Assembly: GCF_001194135.2 (NCBI RefSeq)
Contig: NC_068992.1
Span: 10,516,202-10,549,201, forward strand
Direction of reading: 5' to 3'
Length of the DNA stretch: 33,000 bases
DNA from: Octopus bimaculoides
Taxonomy: Eukaryota
Shown here: positions 23,096 to 33,000 of the stretch, piece after piece
Layout of the letters: each line of letters starts with the position of its first letter
How positions within the stretch are numbered: position 1 is the first letter of the stretch
Translations under genes and position numbers: made by a program
Notes under the pieces: model-generated
What the model saw: only the letters and a program-made list of their open reading frames with translations
Database searches by the model: none
What the model was told of the DNA's origin: nothing

Positions 23096-23133
23096 CTTTG
23101 CCATCTTTGCCATCTTTGCCATCTTTGCCATCT
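23096..23133. repeat. 9 bp tandem repeat (CTTTGCCAT)x4
   Basis: Four exact units. Confidence 0.95.
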
Positions 23134-24289
23134 AGTTTGTTATTGTAATTACAGATAGCTAAATTAAAATAATGTATATTATTAGTTCTGCTGGTATTAC
23201 TTTAAAAGTAATATTAGCTATATATTTAAGACCTTAGGGATCACTTAGGTATGATTATTCCAACACATTTGCATGACTGGAATTCAATGTATCTTGTTAA
23301 CTATTTAACATAGTGGTTAATTAATTCTACCTGTTTCCCAACCATTGGAAATTGAAAGAATTAACTATAAAGCCAGCTAGTTTATGAGTTAAACTGCTGT
23401 TGAAGACACCATAAAAATTTCATTGCTTTGCGTGATTAACATCCAGTTTCTGTCTTTGAGCTTATACAGTTGGAAATCTTCAATCGGTTAGCAACAAATA
23501 CTATATTTCAAATGAAGCCTATGAACAAGCCTCTACATAGTCACTTAGTCTGCTAGAAATAGCAGCCAAACCATTCTAAAATCACAACACATTTTCATTT
23601 TATGATGGCAGAGTTATAAGACATAGAGATAGATAAAATAAATGAATGAAATTATATAAAGGGCATGGATACATACAACATATGAAGCGAAGCCATATAC
23701 ACGCACAAGAAATATCATGGATGGCCATAACAATGTCATCAGCACAATTAACAATGACAGCAGCAGTGGCTATGACAATGATGGCAATTACAACAACAAC
23801 AACAACTACCACAATGGCAACACCTTGAGCGAAAACACATACATAGAAGAATACAGGAACTGTACCATATTTTTCTGGAGGGTCTTAGGACAGCAGCAGC
23901 AGCACAATGGAGTGAGAGGATGGGGATGAGGGAAAGCCATGCTGCTGCTAAAAACTATGACACACACACACATACACACACACACACAAACAAGGACACA
24001 AACGCTTGTGCACATAAGGATACACATCTTAGAAGAGCAAAATGGAGTAAGTGAAGCAAGAGTATACATGAAAACGAAAAGTGTTCCTGAAGAGGTCACA
24101 GATTTCTGGACAATAAACATGAGTCAAAATAATAAAATAAGAACAGTAATAAATGAGTAAAGGAAAATATATATAGCGCGTGTGTTTATTTGGCAAAAAA
24201 AATATATAAATGACCATCCCAAAATACAACATCTGTTTCAACACACGATTTCACATCAGGAATCTTGCAAAACAAATTAATAAACGTAA

Positions 24290-24326
<37 letters not shown>

Positions 24327-25504
24327 TACACATGTGCATGTGTGCATGCTTGTGTACCTGTATGTATGTTAACTGTCTGTACCTCCACAAATTATTATTC
24401 TACTACAGATGGTGATATTGTTGACATTTGACTGTCTACAAATCAACCAACTACTCAATACTTTGAAAGATGAATGGAATGAAAGTTCCCTATATTAAAA
24501 TAGAGGTAAGGGTCAGAAACAAGAAGAGCACTTGGCTATGAAATATGTCTCCATAATAATATGTAAATGCTAGCATGAAGAAAAAATACGTAATACAAAC
24601 AACTACACACGTACACATGCACACACTCATAGACACATTACATAGTATAAAGAGCTTGTGTTGATGTTTTTATTATCATGTGAAACACTAAAATGTTCAA
24701 TATACAAAATAACACAATTCATACAGTACAGTCTATATGCAATAAACATAAAACAATAAAGTAATGCAAAAACAATAACAATAAAACAAACTCCTCACAA
24801 CAAATCAGTATAAAATGTAGCCTATAAGCACAGTTCTGTACTCCCAGAAGACAAAACAGTACACAACCCAGCAACACAAGAACATGAAGGTAGTGTACCT
24901 CACATGAAATTGTTGAAAGCAACATCATGATAATATCGAAGAAATAAATACAATAAATTTCCAATGTAAACAGTGTATATATTTTTAATATTTTTCAAAA
25001 TGTTCTACAACCTTAAAAATTCAGTTTGTTTACTTTTAATCAATATATAATACTAAATTTGAAAGGAACTATTTTTTCATCTGTCTGCTGAAAACAAAAT
25101 ATTACAATTAAAAAAAAGAATTACAATTAAATATAATAAATTGCGACAATTATAACACTAAAAAAACACAACAAAGACAAAAAAACAAAAAAAAAAACAC
25201 AGAAATTTATAGTCTCTGAAGGAAAATATTGAATAAAATATTGATTAATATTGTTGTGTTTTAGCCCTAGGTTAACTATGCTCATGTAATGAAACATGCA
25301 CAGGCAATCTTTGTTTTCTATGATGACAGCATTTCTGTCATAATCATCATTTATTTTCTTTAGGATTAAATAATCTAAAATCATAATGTAATCCTGAAAA
25401 TTTCTGCATTTCCTTGTATATGTTAATACATTGAATGGCAGTGAATGTAGTAGAACTGTCATGATTGGAGAGAATGTATAATGTTTCATTAGACTTATGG
25501 TGTA

Positions 25505-26940
25505 TTCAAGATCAATGAAGAGATCTTTGCTCTCCCTAGTGGAGCATTTTCTGAATATGTCTACCCTCATGTCAATTTCAGTTTCATCAACATATTTCTC
25601 AAACCTGGTTGTTGGTGCTCCCTACAACTACTGGGGTGACAATTACTCACTTTATTTCCCACATTCATGCAATTTCATCTTTTAGTAACTTTGTCACCCA
25701 CTCATGCATCCCCAGGTTCGGTAATATCTATGAACTTGGTTCCCTTTTTTTCTTTTATCCACTAAAACAATGTATGGTCTTTTGCAGTTGTTCAGCACCT
25801 TTCTGTCTATCAGAAGTTGGTCCTTTGTTCCTTGGGTTTTCCTCCTGTATCCTTTCTGTTCTACTGGCAGCTTGTCATTCATTTTCAGCAAGCCGTACAC
25901 ACAATTAGATATTCCTGTCATCAACTTCTACATCAAGGGTAGGCAGGGGATTGACCAATCATTATCCACTGCATAACCTTTGCCAGGATTCTTTTGGCAA
26001 AGAGCCATTTTACCTGTGGTTAACCACTGAGATTTCCACCAAGTTGTTGATCATTTTAGCCATCAGCCAGTACCTTGTAGCCTATCTGGGTCTGGACATT
26101 TCCAGTTTGGAACTTCTGTTCTCTGCTTGGTCACGTTTCAGTTGTTATTCTTATATTGCTTTATTTCCCCTCATTTTCCTCCAATCTCAATTCCTTCAAC
26201 CATTCAGCATCTTTATTTATGATTTTTTCCATTATCCTAAATTTTACTCCAAAATCTCTTACTTTCTTCAGCATCTGGTCTTTCACTGTTGTTACCTTTT
26301 CCATTCAGTCGCAGATAAACCCTTTTCTGATCCTGTTGGCACAATCTGTTGATATATTGTTTGATTCATTACTCATATCTCTAGACTTTTTGTAGCTTTA
26401 GCTTGCAGTCTTTGTTTCAGTTCTTCAAGGATTACATTTAGCCCCTTTTCTTGATCCTATATCTATGTTCTAGTCCCTGATATTTCTCCTTGTTCCTGAT
26501 TTCACCTTGTTTCTTTTTTTTCCAGGATGTTGATATCTTTTCAAAGTTCATTCATTAATTGCTGTCTCCTTTTTTACCACCAAAGCTCTTTTGCTAGATT
26601 TTCCTCTTTTACAGTTTGGTTCAAGGCCTACTTTCCTTCCAATGTAGACGATACAAGCTTTAGTCAATCTATTTGTTCCAGTTAAATTACCTGATTCAAT
26701 TTTATTCAGTATCTTCCAAACAAAATTATATTATCTGCCTCAATTTTATTTAGTATCTTCTAAGCAAAATTCTATCCACTGTTTTGCATCTATTTACTGC
26801 CATGTCCAGGTTTTTCTCAATGATACCAGTGATATCTTCGATCATTCCCTCATCCCTTCCATATTCTCAAAACCTAAACCAACATCATTCTCCATATGAC
26901 ACCTTCATTCAATACAACTTCATCAACATTCATTCTCTGC
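25505..26940 (-). mobile_element. R4/Dong-type non-LTR retrotransposon relic with RT core deleted
   Basis: Broken frames give KDINILEKK, KGLNVILEELKQRLQAKA, PDAEESKRFWSKI, NWKCPDPD, LPVEQKGYRRKTQGTKDQLLIDRKVLNNCKR, then RPYIVLVDKRKK, FIDITEPGDA*VGDK and LKDEIA*MWEIK*VIVTPVVVGA; the order matches R4/Dong ORFs. Confidence 0.88.
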
Positions 26941-26943
26941 AAC

Positions 26944-26953
26944 ATTATTATTA

Positions 26954-27020
<67 letters not shown>

Positions 27021-27022
27021 CA
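26944..27022. repeat. (ATT)n microsatellite
   Basis: Visible run of about 25 units. Confidence 0.95.
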
Positions 27023-27246
27023 TTTATTGGTGTACAATCCTGCTGTTGATGTTCATGATGATTTCAAAAATAAGTGCTTTCATTCTTTTGGAGATTATTT
27101 ATTTTACAATGCATATTCAGCTCATAGAAGAATGAAGAATGTCTATATAAAGAAAATCTTGAAAGAAATGTAATATATAGATTGGAATTTTTGAAAGCTA
27201 TTTCTTTCATTGCAAGCAATAATATTTCTTTTGTTCCAAACATAAT

Positions 27247-27434
27247 TCAGCTCATTAAAACGGAGCTTACATTTACGGCCATAACTGCCACAGATAACAA
27301 AACCATATTGCTTCCTTTATTAGAAAAGAAAATATATTCTTGGAGTTTCTTTCCCATGTTTCCTTTGTCTCCACCTCCTCCTATTCCTCCTCCTCCACCA
27401 CCACTGCCACCACCGTTCCCACTTCCAGCCTTTG
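27247..27434 (-). CDS. Candidate Gly-rich terminal (or internal) exon with hydrophobic C-terminus, product unknown
   Basis: Pyrimidine tract then ATCATCTTAG acceptor; frame (A)KAGSGNGGGSGGGGGGIGGGGDKGNMGKKLQEYIFFSNKGSNMVLLSVAVMAVNVSSVLMS*; Gly codons vary at position 3; optional donor AAT|GTAAGC at 27271/27270. Confidence 0.3.
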
Positions 27435-27734
27435 CTAAGATGATTTCAGGATGAAAAATAAAAAAAAGAAATAAGAATAATGAAGAACTCAATACAGTGG
27501 TATTCAAAATAAATGATCCCATAATTTGAGTTAGGACCAATAAGATAGAATTTATGCATTTGCTGTGGTTGTACACCCATTGTGAGAATTGCTACTGACT
27601 GGGTCACTATGGTGCTAGACAATAGATTGAAGTAGGAAGAAGAGCATTGAGTTAAAATACTACTGGGTTGTCGATTGAAAAAGCCTTCAAGTCTTTCCTT
27701 AGAAAATGTCTTGTTATGATTTTTGTCTTGCTTT

Positions 27735-27815
27735 TCATCCAGCTCATTACATTCTGGGTTCAAATCTCACCAAGGTCAAATTGCCTTTCATCTTTTTTGA
27801 GCTGATAAAAGAAAT
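27735..27815 (+). mobile_element. Decayed SINE fragment of a second family
   Basis: CATTCTGGGTTCAAATCTCACCAAGGTCAAATTGCCTTTCATC contains a B-box-like GGTTCAAATCT followed by a block I recognise from cephalopod CORE-type SINEs. Confidence 0.5.
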
Positions 27816-28773
27816 AACAACACTCAATAGCTCAGTCCACGAACATGTAAGTGAAATTCACTAGACTGCACAGACCATTGCTGTATTGCAGTTGCTGTTG
27901 CTGCTCTGTAAAATTAATAAGTGTTTTGCTACCAGCTCACTTTAAATCTTTGTATGAACAGAAGCAATTGTTCATATCTAATTATCAACATCATGAGACA
28001 CTTAAATCATTAAGCACTATGGCTTACTTTCACTCGTCGCTATGGAAGCCTAATAGTACAGCTTATTTACACTTGAAACTATGGAAGCCTCATATTGTGC
28101 TAAACTGTCTAGCAACATTGTGCTCAAAGCTGAATCTAGAACACATATAAATATTTCTCACTTAAAAGCATTGCATTCCTTAGCTTTAATTTTGCTAAGA
28201 TTTTAAAATACTTCTAACAATAATGGTAAAATGAATGCTCTTAAATATGTTCTAGTTCTAAAAAATATGCTAAGTTGGCTGGAGAATGTATGATCAGAAG
28301 ACATTGAAAAAATATGACGTTTGCATTTACGGTAATTGGTTAATTAAAGCCTGCCCTCACAATAAATAAATGATTAAATAAAAGAGCATGAAGATATTTC
28401 CTATAAAAAAGTATCAGAGCCTCAAGGAGAGAAAACCCTACTAAAAAATTTACTTACCATTTATAAGTAGACCTTTGATGTGCTCTCATGCGTGACCAGT
28501 GGGGAATTTGTGATATCTTGGAACACTATTTCTAATTTTTTTTTCATTTTTTTTTCATTCCAATTAAATATTTTCAATTGACTGAGAAGTCAGCTTGATT
28601 TAGAATTCCATCTGATATCTTTCTTCACTCAATGTAATATATGATCGATATCTGATCAGTTTTTTCCCCCTCATCCCAAGCATTTACAATGCATACATCA
28701 AATTAAAGTGTAAATACACACACACACATGTACAAGTGTGCTCACACACACATCCATCCATATATATATATAT

Positions 28774-29973
28774 TCAGGTAGATGGCCCTGCTCAGTATGT
28801 AGAAAAGGAGTAGGTAGTAACTCTATAAGATGTACCCGGTGCAAGCTATGGACACATAAGAGGTGCAGCAACATCAAAGGCAGGTTAACTAGCAAGTTAG
28901 TTTTTGTTTGTGGCAGATGTTCAGGTGCAATAAAGACTGCAAACAAACAGGAAACAACTTCTATCTCATTCCAGGGTGAAAAACTAGAGGTAGTCGATAG
29001 CTTCCGCTATCTGGGCGACCAAGTTAGTAGTGGGGGTGGGTGCGCTGAAAGTGTAGCTGCTAGAATAAGAATAGCCTGGGCAAAGTTTAGANNNNNNNNN
29101 NNNNNNNNNNNNNNNNNNNNNNNNNNNNNNNNNNNNNNNNNNNNNNNNNNNNNNNNNNNNNNNNNNNNNNNNNNNNNNNNNNNNNNNNNNNNNNNNNNNN
29201 NNNNNNNNNNNNNNNNNNNNNNNNNNNNNNNNNNNNNNNNNNNNNNNNNNNNNNNNNNNNNNNNNNNNNNNNNNNNNNNNNNNNNNNNNNNNNNNNNNNN
29301 NNNNNNNNNNNNNNNNNNNNNNNNNNNNNNNNNNNNNNNNNNNNNNNNNNNNNNNNNNNNNNNNNNNNNNNNNNNNNNNNNNNNNNNNNNNNNNNNNNNN
29401 NNNNNNNNNNNNNNNNNNNNNNNNNNNNNNNNNNNNNNNNNNNNNNNNNNNNNNNNNNNNNNNNNNNNNNNNNNNNNNNNNNNNNNNNNNNNNNNNNNNN
29501 NNNNNNNNNNNNNNNNNNNNNNNNNNNNNNNNNNNNNNNNNNNNNNNNNNNNNNNNNNNNNNNNNNNNNNNNNNNNNNNNNNNNNNNNNNNNNNNNNNNN
29601 NNNNNNNNNNNNNNNNNNNNNNNNNNNNNNNNNNNNNNNNNNNNNNNNNNNNNNNNNNNNNNNNNNNNNNNNNNNNNNNNNNNNNNNNNNNNNNNNNNNN
29701 NNNNNNTGCCAGTGCCCCTGGACTGGCTTGTGCGGGTGGCACATAAAAGACACCATTTCGAGCGTGGCCGTTTTCGTGCGGGTGACACGTAAAAGCACCC
29801 ACTACACTCTCTGAGTGGTTGGCGTTAGGAAGGGCATCCAGCTGTAGAAACTCTGCCAAATCAGACTGGAGCCTGGTGTTGCCATCCGGTTTCACCAGTC
29901 CTCAGTCAAATCGTCCAACCCATGCTAGCATGGAAAGCGGACGTTAAACGATGATGATGATGATGATGATGAT
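28774..29973 (+). mobile_element. 5'-truncated young RTE-clade LINE (ORF part 28774-29091, gap, 3' UTR and (GAT)n tail 29707-29973)
   Basis: Stop-free SGRWPCSVC...GEKLEVVDSFRYLGDQVSSGGGCAESVAARIRIAWAKFR has the RTE late-RT motif EVV..F.YLG...G......RI..AW..F. After the gap comes a CpG-rich 3' UTR ending GGACGTTAAAC(GAT)n. Continuity across the gap is inferred. Confidence 0.88.
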
Positions 29974-29974
29974 A

Positions 29975-30241
29975 CAGTGGCAGACTGGGGTCTAAAAATA
30001 TTGATTGCCAGGAGACTAAGGGGGCCCACCTGCAACTACAATGCTATCATTTAATTTTCCTCTTTTTGTTGTTAAAAGTATTCTTTTCAACTGTCTACAA
30101 ACACAGTCAGGCTGAAATAATTAATGCATTCTTCCAGGGAAGAATAAAAAAAATTCTTAAACTTGAGGGGATGGGCCCCTTAGATACTAACATGGGCCCC
30201 CATATATGGATTCTAATGGTGCAAGAGACCACTTGCCACTG
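29975..30241. mobile_element. Possible hAT-like MITE relic
   Basis: Begins CAGTGGC and ends GCCACTG (7 bp inverted termini) with internal GGGCCC motifs; no 8 bp target duplication visible. Confidence 0.3.
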
Positions 30242-30245
30242 CCAC

Positions 30246-30277
<32 letters not shown>

Positions 30278-30762
30278 CATTACAACTATAACATAATTCC
30301 AAGCTCTCAGAAACAGCTGTCAAGTTAAAAAGCTATGCATTCTCCACTTAGTCTTCTGAATTTTTTAAAATCCATGTGAAAGTAAATTTATTTATCAATA
30401 TATATAAATATCTATATATGCTTGTACATACGTGCTTATCTTTTGAATATATTTAGTCTTTGTAGCTATGTATTTCCCTATATACATCTTTTTGTGTATA
30501 CGAATGTTTATTTATGTATCAAGCCTAATCATGTTTATCTATGTCACTATCTCCATATTAACTCACCTGGATTTCTCTTATAGCCATTCCTTACCCTGTG
30601 AACCTGGGCCTCGATAAAGACTTCAGAGTTTTGGTTCAATTCATTTGAGCACTATTATGTGACTTTTATAGTGAGCATCTCCAGATCTCACATTTGGGTG
30701 TGTGTCTGTGTGTGTATATATCAATCAATCTCTCTAACAACCAATTTATTTATCTATGTGTG

Positions 30763-30806
<44 letters not shown>

Positions 30807-31070
30807 ATGTCAGAACTAATCTCTTGTTCCTTTCCTGGTCAGTTGATAAAACAAAGTTCATCCTTCACAATCTGCCAGCTTAAAAGTAAGCTAATTAAAT
30901 ACTTAAATTCACAGTTCTAATATTGTTTAAAATGGTGAATTCCACCATTCCAAAGTAGCTACTTGCAATTTGGCTCTCAATGGTATTCTACTTGAGTCTT
31001 CACTGATTTTGGAAAGCTTCAACAGAATTATTCTTTTCTCCTTTCCTATACTATCTCTAATTTCTGTGGT

Positions 31071-31482
31071 ATAGGCACAGGAGTGGCTGTGTGGTAAGTA
31101 GCTTGCTTACCAACCACATGGTTTCGGGTTCAGTCCCACTGCGTGGCACCTTGGGTAAGTGTCTTCTACTATAGCCTCAGGCTGACCAAAGCCTTGTGAG
31201 TGGATTTGGTAGACGGAAACTGAAAGAAGCCTGTCGTATATATGTATATATATGTGTGTATATGTTTGTGTGTCTGTGTTTGTCCCCCCCCCCCCAACAT
31301 CACTTGACAACCGATGGTGGTGTGTTTAGGTCCCCGTAACTTAGCGGATCGGCAAAAGAGACCGATAGAATAAGTACTAGGCACCCAAAGAATAAGTCCT
31401 AGGGTCTATTTGCTAGACTAAAGGCGGTGCTCCAGCATGGCCGCAGTCAAATGACTGAAACATGTAAAAGAGTAAAAGAGTA
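31071..31482 (+). mobile_element. Young full-length SINE copy
   Basis: Complete head, CORE-like block, short central microsatellite, 3' half and (GTAAAAGA)2 tail. Confidence 0.95.
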
Positions 31483-31899
31483 TTAAACAGATGAGCCAGA
31501 AATAGTATTTGCCATAGGTTTTAAGCTTATTACATGTAAGAGTTCTTCTGGAAGCAAATGAAGAATAAGCCAGTTGATTGTTTAAATTTACCGTTCTGTT
31601 ATTGCTTTCAATGGCAAATTTTATGCCACTCAATAGTGTCTTCTTGGAGCAAACTGAACTACACCATTAAGATTATAAACAGAACACAATGTAACTGACA
31701 AGAGGTGGAAAACGCCTATAGTGGAGGAATGAGAATCAAGTTTCCAGTGAACCAAATTTCTAATTTTCCTTTACTTGACTCTAAAATCTGAAGCTTAGTG
31801 TTATGTGCAAGTAGTTGAAAACAGGGTCTCATATGTAATACAATGTGTTGATAAAATTTTGATCGATGGAGATTCCATCCATCTATCCATTTTCTCCAT

Positions 31900-32310
31900 G
31901 TACTATTCCTAGGAGGGTCAAGAGTCCTCAAGACCCTTCCCCACTGAGTCCAGTCAGAAACAGCCATCATTATACTTCCTGTTTTGCCATCATACACCAC
32001 GATATGGACCAGGATATTTTGTTGATGGGAAACATGTCCAATATTCATGTTTCTGCTGGTCAACCTTGGCTGATCATAAAGATCATAAAGGAAACTGAGG
32101 TTTGCTGGTCTCAGCATATGCCATACTGATCTTGTTGCTTCAAGACATGTTCTCTGTGAGAGCCCATGTATAGTAATAGCATGTGTGCTGCATGTTTCAG
32201 AAACTGCATTTTGGCGCACTGGTTTGAAACATGTGGATGTATAGTGCTTAGAGAGCTTGAGTTTCCTCTTTGGTCAAGGCATGATTGCTTGATGTCCACA
32301 AGCAATTTTG
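31900..32310 (-). mobile_element. Probable decayed RTE-like LINE C-terminal relic
   Basis: Across shifting frames: ALTKEETQAL, AKMQFLKH...EHVLKQ, VWHMLR, DQQKHEYWT, in the order of RTE WTLTK..E..L, AEM.FLR...EEVL, GH.LR, GRQ....EWT motifs; similarity is weak. Confidence 0.4.
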
Positions 32311-33000
32311 TTATTAGGATTATTATGTAAGATTCAATTTAGTGAAATTTCTTATAAATAAGTATATAACTTTTAGAACAATGATGAAAATGACAGCTAA
32401 ACATTGTATAAAAACAGAACAAAAGATGACAATTGATTTAAATGAAAGCTAACAAATGTCTGAAACAAAACATAAAACATAGTTAAAAATCAGAAATTAT
32501 TATGCACAAAAGGTCCCAGCAAGAAATTTTAAGGGAGAAAAATCGACCAAAAAAAATAAATAAATAAAATAAATTAATAAAAATAAAATAACAACACAAA
32601 AAGTGAATTAAAAAAAATGAAGGAAAAAATGTTGATGTATTGGTATATAAGTCTTAAATATCTGAGAATGTGGTATTAGGTTTGAATGTAATATTAGTTT
32701 GAGCAATAAAAATTGTTTATTTTGATCAAGTTGTCTTTGCTGCACAAACATAAATAAACAAACATTAAAAACACGCACTAAACAATGAAAACACCATCTT
32801 GTCTGACATGACGAGGCGGCGAATTGAAGAATAGCACCAACACATCGGGTTAATTCTTGTTTGTGCTGTGTTTAAAATTTTTTTTTATTTATCTCTTTTT
32901 TCTTTTTTTTTCTTTTTTTTTTTTGTTTGTTTGGCAGAAAACATTGAACAAAATGAATCACAGTAATTTATGACATATAATAAAGTATATGATAGTGAAA

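Noticed and set aside
21306-23133. Short tandem repeats (21 bp x3, 9 bp x4) considered as CRISPR-like arrays
   Set aside because: No unique spacers, no cas genes, and the context is eukaryotic.
24409-24505. Plus-strand AG...GAG|GTAAGG segment with MNGMKVPYIKIE
   Set aside because: All three full-length frames contain stops; only a 12-codon ATG-started tail is open and no downstream exon could be linked.
25127-25570. 147 aa minus-strand ORF
   Set aside because: Its N-terminus is the end of the R4/Dong relic and the rest is read-through into AT-rich sequence.
27182-27454. Formin-like poly-Pro ORF on the plus strand
   Set aside because: Merely the antisense of the GGN-rich tract; no FH2 or other domain nearby.
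31716-32219. 167 aa stop-free minus-strand ORF as a novel gene
   Set aside because: Starts at GTG, has no recognisable domain, and overlaps a probable frameshifted RTE relic that better explains the region.

Overview
AT-rich, microsatellite-dense eukaryotic nuclear DNA from a draft assembly with five N gaps (3314-3451, 4525-5295, 6169-6584, 7687-8113, 29092-29706). The SINE and RTE families and a mollusc-type cox1 fragment suggest an octopod cephalopod (probably Octopus; inferred from recognition, not a search). I cannot identify any intact host gene or RNA gene, and most ORF-track entries are artefacts of N runs, simple repeats or transposon relics. The window is mainly a transposon graveyard: many tRNA-headed SINE copies (some nested), RTE LINE pieces, two R4/Dong-type LINE relics, a CR1/L2-like relic and MITE-like hairpins. 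The most notable items are a ~120 bp cox1 NUMT abutting a LINE RT relic (14344-14464), a stop-free RTE segment with a PHD finger inside the RT region (28774-29091), a 482 bp near-perfect palindrome (3517-3998), an R4/Dong element whose RT core is deleted (25505-26940), an unassigned TGA-biased coding-like relic (8970-9329), and a few weak candidate exons. I found no convincing evidence of a new multi-gene system.
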